Assembly (NCBI RefSeq): GCF_006345805.1
Contig: NC_043013.1
Location: forward strand, 13,268,001 to 13,332,000
Direction: 5' to 3'
From: Octopus sinensis
Taxonomy: Eukaryota
Length of the DNA: 64,000 nucleotides
The position numbers and the translations under genes were made by a program. Of the stretch, positions 1 to 11,024 are shown piece after piece. Position 1 is the first letter of the stretch, and every line of letters begins with the position of its first letter. The notes below the pieces were generated by a model. That model was not told where the DNA came from. It made no database searches and was given only the letters and a program-made list of their open reading frames with translations.

Positions 1-1010
1 AGTTTACACAGTTCGTCCTAACCAACAAGAATTATTTTACTTTTGCCTACTGCTGCATGAGGTCATGGGACTGACATCTTTTGACAACCTGAAAAACTTC
101 GCGAGCCTGCTGTAAAGCAGACTGCTAGAAGACGACGCTCAGTCTGACGCAACAATGGTGGAAGCTGTTACAATACGCTCAGTGAGGAGTCTTCAAAAAC
201 TCTTTACAGTGCTATTGCAAACATGTGAACTCAGTGATCCTGTCACCTTATGGGAGAAATACAAGGAAGACCTTTCAGAGGACTACCACCACCAAGAACA
301 ACTTCTGTTGCCACTTAAACATCAGTTTCAACGATGAATTCTTCAACAGAGCACTCGACATTGAGGGCAGCCTACTTACTGCCGGCGGTAACGATCTTTC
401 ATTTTATAGTCTACCAAAAGTCAGCAGAACGAGCTCACACATACTACCAATATGCGTTATTCAGGAAACAGCCTCCGACATCGATGCTCTTCAATAATAC
501 ATCGACGGAACTGAGCCGAGGTTGCTTCAGGACCAGCAGCACACATACAGCGCTGTCTACACTTCCATTCGTGAATGCAAAGGTGGTATTTTCTTTTTAG
601 ATGTCCCAGGAGGAACTGGTAAAACATTCGTGACTAAACTTCTCCTTGCAAAAGTACGCCAACAAAAGGAGATCTCTTTAGCTGTAGCTTCTTCTGGAAT
701 TGCCATGACTCTACTGCCCGGGAGTAGGCTGGCTCATTCGATCTTCAAACTCCCAGTTAATGCTTCTGTGTCCGACTCAGCCACCTGCAATAATACAAAA
801 GACTCCGGCAAGGCAGAAGTGCTACAAAGGTGCCAGCTCATTGTTTGGGATGAATGCACCATGGCACATAAAGGATCCCATGAAGCACTGGACAGGACCC
901 TGAAAGACATTAGGGGCTGCATTAACCCCATAGGAGGCATTTCCCTCCTGTCTAGTGATTTCAGACAAACCCTATCCATAATTCCAAAAGGCACCTGAGC
1001 CGACGCTGTA
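1..1010 (+). mobile_element. Helitron RepHel fragment (PIF1-family helicase), frameshifted relic
   Basis: ORF 522-998 carries the Walker A motif FLDVPGGTGKT, plus AVASSGIA, LIVWDECTM and DFRQTL-IIPKG, all typical of Helitron/PIF1 helicases. Upstream ORF 155-337 (LFTVLLQTCELSDPVTLWEKYKEDLSED) is the typical pre-helicase region. Confidence 0.88.
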
Positions 1011-1439
1011 ATGGCTTCATTATTTTATCTTTCCTGTGACAGGACGTGACAATTTTGACTTGTACAACAAGCGTGTGCATTACAACCACATGTGCCCGAC
1101 ATAGTGATCTCATGAAGATTAAAAGCGCATGACCTTGCAGGTTAGAATTTTCTTCAGGGTGAATAGCTCATCCCACTCAAAAAGTCCCTGAATAAAGGTT
1201 GCTTAAGGGTATTGAATGAAACACCCATGTTTCCAGAGGTGAATTATTTAAACCCCAAAGAATTCCTCTCAACACATGGTTATGATGCACACTAATCACA
1301 TTACTTCAGGTTGTGATTAAAGATGCACATATTGTCAGCCACTAAGGTGGTAAAGGCCAAACAACTGACAAGCAAATCTATAGTATTGGGCAGAATATTG
1401 TCATCACCATCACTATTATCGTTGTTGTTGTTATTATTT

Positions 1440-1596
1440 ATATTAATACTCCAGGAAACATATACGGTTTAAGGATTATCTATTTGGAATAAACCAATTA
1501 TAACAGAATTTATATGCTAACCGCTGAAATTAACCAATTTTTCAAAACCCGTAAGGAAAACAGTAAACATTTGGAGAAATACCTTATAACATACCT

Positions 1597-1629
<33 letters not shown>

Positions 1630-3620
1630 CGCGCGTATCAGGTGGAAGTTATTTTCAATCGAATTTTACGACTGTATAAAATTCTTCAAATGCTTCGATT
1701 ATGTGTGTGTACATACATTTACTTGATAGCTGGCATTTATCAATGTTTTCTCCTACTGTGTTGATGTGCTGTTTTGTATCATCAATAAAATTGCCTGCAT
1801 TTTTGATGACATGGGTATGCTAGTGTATGATACTTTTCATAACCCCTTTAGTGTAATCCTCCACCACATCTTAGAAATTTGGTGATTACTATTTTCTGTG
1901 TTATTATGCTTCATAAGGAATATTATAAAGCCACTGCAACAATGGCAGAGAGAGAGAGAGAGAGAGAGGAGTCAGCATGACTCTCTATTAGACATTAAGT
2001 GAATGCTTAATCAGTCATGTGGCTTTTCTTTTCACATGTTCCAGGATGTCACTTTGTGTAGCAACAGTACCATCTCAAGTATATGAGAACTACATATTTG
2101 ATGGTTTCATCTGAGCTTTATAGAGGATCTGTAGAGTTGATGGGGATGAAATACTGTTTGGTTATGAAGAAGAAGAAGACCAGTTTATTCAGTATTATTT
2201 TTTTTCTATGCAAGATATATTTTTGTTTGTTACAAGAAGTCTTCGGGTATGGTGAGGCCAAGTTGCTTTAGTAACCATCAGTCTTGGAATATTTTCTTGA
2301 TAGGTTTACTGAATGTGTCTTTGTGCTTTTCATTGGAATACGACTAAATTACTCATGTTATCTCTGTAGGGATCTAAATTTTATGTAAATTAAGGTGAAA
2401 TGTATATCTCTATATATCTCTAGTATCTCATCCAGATCTGTTAATGTATGAAAGGAATCAGATACAGAGCAAAGTTACCAAACAAGGGCTTTGACTGCTC
2501 AATATTTGTTTCAGCTATATTCTGTCAGGAATATGTTGTATGGAATCATGATTGTGTTCTTCTGGGAATTATTCAGATGCCTTATGGAATGATTTGTTCC
2601 AGTTGCAATTATTATCAATCTAAGAGAGAGGTTGTTTGGAATTTTGATTTTAAAATGTTAATCAGGGCTGTAGGTGCAATTTTCTTTCAAGTTACGTCAA
2701 ATAAAAGATCGTCCAATACATGAAAATTAAATGACTATTCAGTAACATGTCCTTTTAATTGTTCTCTATTTACACTCTTTCATCTCTTCTTTTTAGTCAT
2801 TTTTAAAGCTAGTTGTGGGGTATTGTATACATTTCTAAGTCTCATATGACTTTGAATGTTACACAAAAGTTTAAATTGATTAAATAAAAATTCTCATATC
2901 ATCATTTGACACTGTTTTTAGTTTAAAAGTTTTCTTCCATTCAAATCCTATGTCAAAACCAGTGTACCATGCTAAAACTATAAATAAGAAGAAAAGAAAT
3001 CATGTGTATCTGTGATAATATGGATTGCATAATCTCCATCAGATAATTGTCACTACTCTCACCTGTTGTACTATTTATATTCAGTAAGGTCTTCTCTCAG
3101 TATAATCTGTTGTAACAAGTTGGAATTCTGTCATTCCTTCTAACATTCAATATCATTTCTTTTAATTTCAGAAAGACGAAATGGACTGCTCAGATGAAGA
3201 GAGGTAATGCAAGAAACATATGCCTAAATCTGTTAATATATAAGTACATATATATATAGCAGGGTTCCAATTATGGTGTATAGGGGATCAGCTGAGATTA
3301 TCCCAGTAATTAGAGATATCTGATCAGTTGAGATTATTTCAGTTATTAGCAAACAAAAACCTCTCCTGGAAATGTTGATAATTTTAAAGCAATGAGCAAG
3401 GGAGATTGTTGATTTCCTTGTAAATTATTATCTCATAATATGATGGATATGTATACTAAATTGCTATACTTCCAAATCTTACTCCATTAGAATATTGGTA
3501 TTATTGATGAATAGTAGAAGGATGGAAATCAACAGAAGGCACAAAAGAATATTTGTTTGGCATTTAATATAATAATCCATCATTTCTCTAGGTTCATATC
3601 TCTTAAGGCAGCTATTTCAT
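1440..3620 (+). repeat. Duplicated intron module A, copy 1 (contains micro-exon A1)
   Basis: Colinear with 8850-10680, 19390-20380 and, inverted, about 39400-40230. ORF-track artefacts 2448-2723 and 9530-9805 are almost identical. Confidence 0.9.
3172..3203 (+). CDS. Micro-exon A1 (32 nt, phase 0->2): KDEMDCSDEE(S)
   Basis: Context atttcttttaatttcAG|AAAGACGAAATGGACTGCTCAGATGAAGAGAG|GTaatg. Splice sites sit at the same positions in four paralogous modules. Confidence 0.68.
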
Positions 3621-4320
3621 TAATAATGCTGATCAACAAAATTCAAATTTTTTGCTGACCTATGCACTAAAGAAAGGACCAAACAAAGGGTCCTCAAGTT
3701 GCCAGATCCTTCTTTTCCAGACTGGCTGCTTCTTAGCATCTTTCTGGCCTGGAGTCTAAAGTCACTAATGACTAGTCTATGCTGGGCTACATTTTTCACC
3801 AGGGTGGGTCTTTGCATTTAAGAGTAGTCATGCATCACGCAGTCTGGTGAGAATGAAATCTATCTGCCTAACAGAGTCACCTAAGTAATAGGTTATCAGG
3901 TGGCTGGCTGGCTTCCTGAAGTTGGTGTTGGAGATCAAAAAGTTATTTGCATCACAGAACTCCAGTCGCCTTGCTCCCTCCTCGCTTCAGGGACCAATTC
4001 CATGGCCCCCATGAACACGATGGTAGATGCTGGGCTGCCGTCCAACATGCCCATTGAAATCCCCAGTCATGAATATGAAATCATTGTCACTCATCTTGGA
4101 GGTAGCCTGCAGAAGAATATCATAAAAGTGGTCCTTCTGTTCATTTTGTAGGCCCACTTGTTGGGTGCAGACAGATATAATTGTAGCTATACTATTCTGC
4201 AAGACTAGCCTGAGCATAAGTACTCTGTCACATACTCTAACTACTTCTATGATCTTATCCACCCATTTCTCGGTTAGGAGTATGCCCACACGACCAACTC
4301 CATCACTATTACCTTCCCAT
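3620..4320 (-). mobile_element. RTE-clade LINE fragment (AP endonuclease region)
   Basis: ORF 3987-4289 reads GILLTEKWVDKIIEV.RVCDRVL...GDFNGHVG. Confidence 0.85.
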
Positions 4321-4767
4321 GTGTGTACGTGTGTGTGTGTGTGTAAATAAATCTAATTTTAAGGTGTGTGTGTGAATAAATCTATTTTTAAAGTATGGTT
4401 CCTCTTATTTGTTACTTGCCTCTGTCACAAATAGTTTCTCCATCTTTTCTCCCACTCTTACAATTTTCAGTATATTCCTACTTATCTTTCTTTGAGAAAT
4501 TGCTTTTTTCAAACTACTGCCTTAATTTCTTAGTTTCCTTTACTCCTTGTTCACCTCTCACCTTTCTTCTCTGATCCAATCACTCTCACTGGGTATAACT
4601 TTTCAGCTGCCATACAATTCCTTAAATTTTAGTTTCACTTCCATTTTCTTGATTCCATTTCATTCTTTCTTTCAGTTAAAAGATAAAGACTGAAATATTA
4701 GACTCTAGCCTCATAATGACAGATTCACTTTACTAATCTGGAATTTTCACATTTACATATTTTGCAG

Positions 4768-4804
4768 TGACTTACTTGATGAATATTTCGAGCAACTAAA
4801 AAGA
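4768..4804 (+). CDS. Micro-exon B1 (37 nt, phase 2->0): DLLDEYFEQLKR
   Basis: Context acatattttgcAG|TGACTTACTTGATGAATATTTCGAGCAACTAAAAAGA|GTaagt. It completes the A1 codon (AG+T) with no stop, and its flanks are homologous to B2 and B'. Confidence 0.68.
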
Positions 4805-5667
4805 GTAAGTCTTTTTTTTAAGTTTTAAATTTTGATTTATTTTTGTTGTTTTCATAAATTGTGATAAAGGAATTGTTGAGAATTTCATCACTGGATCGTG
4901 TAAAATGAACTTTGCATATCCTCTTTGTGAATATTTTCATATATTTCCTCACATTGGTACAAAATGCTTCTATTAGGTCATAAATTATGAAATTTGTAGA
5001 AAAGAAAAATGTTTGCTCATGTTTTATAAATACAAGGAATAGTTTTATTCATCAAGGTATGCACCTATATTGTCAATACACTTTTGCCATTTTAGTGGTA
5101 GCTTGTCAAGCCTGGAACTGTAAAGGCCTAGCAATCTAGAGAAATAATTAGTACTGCTTATAGACCAGGGACAAATAAATAAGACCTGTGCATAGAAGAA
5201 TTTTATCAAAAAGTATAATGTAATAAATTTTAGACACGAACAAAAATTAAGATGTTTACATAAGAAGAGAAATTAATTTTACACAATATAAATAAGTGCT
5301 AAATAATCAATCATAATATAATCAATCGAACGATATATTTTGAAATAACTGACTCTAAAAAACAAACGAGAAATTATCCAATCAATTCTTGGAATTTAAA
5401 ATAAAATTCACATCTGAATTAACGTTTAACACCACTTTATTTAATGTAATACTAAAATTAACATGAAACTTTCACCAGTTCGATCAGAAAGGATATCACA
5501 ATGAAGACCTTCAAGAAACTGCACCAGTATTACAGTAAAGTTACAATTACAATGGTTACTAACCAATGTAATAGAAACATGTGTAGGTCAATATTCAGTT
5601 GCATTTAAATCAAAATGAAAATTAAAATTCATGAAATGCTACTTCATACTCCTTTATAATAATAATA

Positions 5668-5709
<42 letters not shown>

Positions 5710-5724
5710 GATTGATTGATTGAT

Positions 5725-8497
5725 TAACTCTAGTTTCAGCTCACGAGCTGTGGCCATGCTGGGGCACCGCCATTTGGTGTTGCTACATGGTTTTACTTCA
5801 CGAATGCTTTTTAGCAACTGCCATTTGGTGCATGAGAGAGTTCGATGCAGCTGCCCTCATCTGCACCTCCTGCCGTGAAGTTGGTTCATCTGGGATACCT
5901 GACAAGAAGAGATCCAGTTTCCTTTTAAAGACATCTGCATCCACCCCATGCAGGTCTCTTAGGTTCTTCGGGAGGATATTGAAGAGCTGTGGGCCTCGGA
6001 AGCCCAGGCTATCACAGTATCTTGTCCTACATCTTGATGGCAAATTTGGAGTCCTTGGCACCACGGAGTGGCGCCCAGTTCTGGCATTTGTGTAACTCTC
6101 GATGCCAAAGTTTGGGACAAGTCCTTCCAGGATCTTCCAGATGTATATTATAGCATATCTTTCTCGCCTACGCTCCAAGGAATAGAGTTTTAATCTCTTG
6201 AGTCTTTCCCAGTAGCTTATATTCTGCACAGAGGCTATCTTCTTCGTGTAGCTACGTTGGATCGCCTCAAGTTCTGTGATCAACTTGACACTGGATGGTG
6301 ATTATAGCTGAGAGCAATAGTCAAAGTGGCTTAGGACAAGTGTCCTCCAGAGGACCATCATGGTTTCTTGTTCTCTTGTTCTAAAGGTTCTAAGAATCCA
6401 TCCGGCCAGTCGTGTACATTTCATTGCCAATTTAGCAACATGCACACAAAAGGTTGCGTCATCACTCATGTAAATACCCAGGTCACGCACTGATTGTGCC
6501 TCTGGGATTGCAATTCCCCTGGGTCCAGTGTATTCATTGGGTATTGCATTTAGTTTTGCATGCTGATAGCATAAAGCTTGAAACTTTTCAGCATTGAACT
6601 GCATGCTATTCTTTTCAGCCCACTTGTATATTTTGTCCAGCTCACATTGCAGGCGTTTAGTGTCCTCAGGGTTCTGTATTGCCTGTGAAACTTTTGTATC
6701 ATCTGCATAACTTATGATTGTGGCTCTCTGCGTGGCTGAGGGCATGTCTGAGAGGGCCATTATGAACAGTAGTGGTCCCAAAACAGTGCCCTGCGGAACA
6801 CCGCTCACTACCACCTGACTTCTATCTTTCAGAAAGTCATGAAGCCATTCTCCCAGTTTTCCAACTATGCTAAGATCACGTAGTTTGTGACATATCATTC
6901 CATGATCGACTTTATCAAAGGCCTTTGCAAAGTCGAGATATATCACTTCCACATTTGAGTGGTTGAGCAGTCGTTTCAGCACCCAGGCATAGTGTTGTAG
7001 GAGCTGAGTTAAGCAGCTTCTTCCTGGTCGGAAATCATGTTAGGTGTCAGGCAGCAAGTCATTTTCTTCAAGGAGGGTGATCAGTTTCCTTCTGACTATT
7101 CGTTCCATGACCTTGCTGATGTGTGAGGTCAGAAAGATAGGTCTGTAGTTCTGCTACCTCCTTTATGAATAGGGCATATTTTACCTTCCTTCAGTTTTCT
7201 TGGAAGTTTGCCAGCTGCAAGGAAGCTCTGAAAGAGGAACTGCAGTGGTCTTGCTAGGACTCTCTTACATACTTTTAGGAGGATTGCCGGGAATCCATCA
7301 GGGCCAGTAGCTGAGTCTGTTTTCATTTCATCTATAGCCTTTATTACATCATCTTCCTTTATATCGATGTAATCTATCGTCGCTGCCTCTGATTTTATAT
7401 CTGCAGTGGTAAAGAAGTCAGTTGGATTAGTGATTTGGAAATGCCCAAGGGGTGGAGTGAAAACACTCTTGAATTGCTCATTCAGTATTTCACTTACCCT
7501 CATTGGTTTTCCTGTGAGTGTGCCATCCTTTTCAAGGAGTGGCCCTATCCTACAGTGCACCGTAGCTGTTTCTTTGGCATACCTGTAGAAAGCTCTGGGG
7601 TTAGATTTTGTGTTGTCTATAGCCCAGGCTTCTTTGTCTGCTCTTTCCTTTTCATGGGAGAGTTGCAGACATTTTTCAATTTCCAACAGTTTTATTTTCA
7701 GGCGGGACTTTTCACTGCTTTCAATTTGTTTGTTTAGGCGATTTGAAATTTTTGTACGCTGTCTCATTAAAATTTTCCTCTCTCTGGGGATGATTTTGTT
7801 CTTGTGTACAGTGGCCTTTCTCTCTGGGACACATTTGTAGCATATGGCTTGCATTACAGACATGAATTGTTGAAGTTTCACGTCGATGTCTGGCGAGGAG
7901 AGACATTCAGGCCAGTTTTGTTTGAGGATCTCTTTCTCAATTTGTTTCCAGTTTGCCTTATGGAAGTTCAAGCTGGAAAGATTCTGAGGGTTTCTTGTAG
8001 GCTGCATGTCCATGCTTTCCTTTGGCCCGTACATGGTCAGCTCTACCATGTTGTGATCCGAGAGTAGTGTCAGTGTCACTTTCACATTATGGATGAGATC
8101 CATATTATTTGTGAAGCAGAGATCCAGTGTGTTACATGCCCTGGTTGGTTGGAGTATTACTTGCTCCATGTACAGGGTGTTGATGAGGTTCAGGAGGGAC
8201 CTCGCCTGTCCTCGTTCACATCTTGTCATTCCTGGGAGAGAAAAGCCATCAGGCCATCTGACATTGGGTAGATTGAAGTCTCCCATAAGAAGTACACTTA
8301 TGTGTTGTTCTAATGTGATTAGAACTTCTTCTATTCTTATAAGGCAGTCTTCAAACTTGCCTACATGGCTTGGGGCATCTGGAGGGCGATATGTAGCACA
8401 CACAACTACATCAAGTTGCCTTATATGTACAATTAGTGTGTCACACACCGAGTTTGAGTATGACAAAAGGACCTGGGGTGTGAGGTCCTCACGGATG
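5725..8497 (-). mobile_element. CR1-clade LINE, 5'-truncated ORF2 (APE + RT + C-terminal), few frameshifts, 3' stem-loop tail and microsatellite
   Basis: ORFs 7129-8502 (ATYRPP, MGDFNLP, LDLCF, SDHNMV), 6302-6982 (YLDFAKAFDKVDH, GVPQGTVLGP, YADDTK) and 5798-6283 (LKLYSLERRRERY). Confidence 0.92.
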
Positions 8498-8501
8498 TAC
8501 A

Positions 8502-8549
<48 letters not shown>

Positions 8550-8550
<1 letters not shown>

Positions 8551-8712
8551 ATATAAAGGATTGAGGTAACTCCTTTAGATATAGAAGCAAAAATAAAAGA
8601 GTGCCATTGTCATCATGTGAAGGATATTTTGACATCTTGTGACTTGATGACAATGACACTCTTCTTTTATTTTGTTTCTATATCTGGAGGAGGTACCTCA
8701 ATCCTTTATATA
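8550..8712. repeat. Short fold-back/MITE-like inverted repeat (about 65-bp imperfect arms), with a partial third copy to about 8825
   Basis: tataaaggattgaggtaactcc...gagtgccattgtcatca versus tgatgacaatgacactc...ggaggtacctcaatcctttata. Confidence 0.65.
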
Positions 8713-8849
8713 TTCACCAAAATGAAGTAGATTGACAAAATTATTTTTTGAACCTGTTGAAGACACACGAGATGTCAAACTATCGTTCACTTGATAACAA
8801 TGGCACTCTTCTTTTATTTTTGCTTTTATTATTATCATTATTATTTTAA

Positions 8850-10680
8850 TTATTAATTTATATTAAAACTCCATGAAACCTACATGCTTAAGGGTTATCT
8901 ATTTGGAATAAACCAATGGAATATATCTCTAAATTCTTATCTAGTAAGAATCATAACAGAATTTATATACTAGTCATTGAATTTAATCAGGTTTTCAAAA
9001 ATTATGAGGAAAACAGTAAATGTTTGGAGAAATACCTTATAACATACCTCTTTATATATATATATATATATATATATACGCTTATATGTTTTCTCCCCCT
9101 GCACTCATGTGCCATTTTGTATCATTAATAAAGTTGCCTGCATTTTTGAGGACATAGGTATGCTAGTGTATAATACTTTTCATAACTCCTGTATTGTAGG
9201 CCTCTACCACATCGTAGAAATTCGGTGATTATTATTTTCTGTGTTATTCTACTTCATAATGAGTATTATAAAGCTGCACCAATAGTGGCAGAAATACATT
9301 TGTGTTTGTTACGAGAGGTCTTCAGGGATGGTGAGGCTTTAATGTTGCTTTAGTAACCATCAGTCTTGGAATATTTTCTTGATCGGTTTACTGAATGTGT
9401 CTTTTTGCTTTTCATTGGAATATGAATAAATTACTCATGTTATCTGTGTAGGGATCTAAATTTTATGTAAATTAAGGTGAAATGTATATCTCTATATATC
9501 TCTAGTATCTCATCCAGATCTGTCAATGTATGAAAGGAATCAGATACAGAGCAAAGTTACCAAACAAGGGCTTTGACTGCTCAATATTTGTTTCAGCTAT
9601 ATTCTGTCAGGAATATGTTGTATGGAATCATGATTGTGTTCTTCTGGGAATTATTCAGATGCCTTATGGAATGATTTGTTCCAGTTGTAATTATTATCAA
9701 TCTGAGAGAGAGGTTGTTTGGAATTTTGATTTTAAAATGTTAATCAGGGCTGTAGGTGCAATTTTCTTTCAAGTTACGTCAAATAAAAGATCGTCCAATA
9801 CATGAAAATTAAATGACTATTCAGTAACATGACCTTTTAATTGTTCTCTATTTACACTCTTTCATCTCTTCTTTTTAGTCATTTTTAAAGCTAGTTGTGG
9901 GGTATCGTATACATTTCTAAGTCTCATATGACTTTGAATTTTACACAAAAGTTTAAATTGATTAAATAAAAATTCTCATATCATTGTTTGACGTGGTTTC
10001 TAGTTAAAAGATTTCTTCCATTCAAATCCTATGTCAAAACCAGTGTACCATACTAAAACTATAAATAAGAAGAAAAGAAATCATGTGTATCTGTGATAAT
10101 ATGGATTGCATAATCTCCATCAGATAATTGTCACTACTCTCACCTGTTGTACTATTTATATTCAGTAAGGTCTTCTCTCAGTATAATCTGTTGTAACAAG
10201 TTGGAATTCTGTCATTCCTTCTAACATTCAATATCATTTCTTTTAATTTCAGAAAGACGATAAGGACAGCTCAGAGGAAGACAGGTAATGCATGAGATAT
10301 GTCCCTAAATTTGATAATATATAAGTACATATATATATAGCAGGGTTTCAGTTATGGTATATTGTAAGCTGCAATTATCCCAGTAATTAGAAAACAAAAA
10401 TTTCTTTTGTGGACAGTGGCACCCCAAAAACAATAAGTAAGGGAGATAACAAAGAATATCAGTTTTTTATTGATTTCTATATACCTCATTTCATATTTGT
10501 TTGAAATATACTAAATTGCTACTCTTCCAAATTCTACCCGATTAGATCACTGGTACTATTTGCAAATAGCAGAAAGAAATTAATAAAAGGTTTAAAAAAT
10601 TCAAAATTTGGTTAGCATTTAATATCCATCATCTCTCTACACTTATTTCTCTTAACACAGCTATAGCATTAACAATTTTA
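8850..10680 (+). repeat. Duplicated intron module A, copy 2 (contains micro-exon A2)
   Basis: Colinear with 1440-3620; about 9350-10252 is nearly identical to 2270-3171. Confidence 0.9.
10253..10284 (+). CDS. Micro-exon A2 (32 nt, phase 0->2): KDDKDSSEED(R)
   Basis: Context ttttaatttcAG|AAAGACGATAAGGACAGCTCAGAGGAAGACAG|GTaatg. Confidence 0.68.
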
Positions 10681-11024
10681 ACAATCACACACAATTTTAT
10701 TGGTGAAAGAAATTAGATTCTGTGATATTGATTTCTTTCTCTATTATATGAAGAAAAGACTTATGCAAATTAACAGAAGTTAGAACTCTGTGGGAAATCC
10801 ATAGCTTCTACTAATAATAATTTTAATCATATTCATAAACAGTGTGAGAAGGGCAGAGAGAGTAAGGACATGAAAGAAGGATGGAGGGAGAAAGAGGGAG
10901 GAAGAGAGAGATAGAGTCAGAGAAGAGAGAGAGAAAATAGATAGATTAATTGATCGACTGACAGACATACAGACAGATAGGCAGGCAGACAGACAGACAG
11001 AAAGACAGACAGATAGATAGATAT

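Noticed and set aside
2045-2078. Possible extra micro-exon (ttccAG|GATGTC...CTCAA|GTatat)
   Set aside because: Weak donor, and the segment is absent from module copy 2; no paralog support.
2448-2723. Duplicated 91-aa ORF (also 9530-9805) as a gene
   Set aside because: It lies in the homogenised intron tract, has no recognisable domain, and is not open in the diverged A3 and A4 modules.
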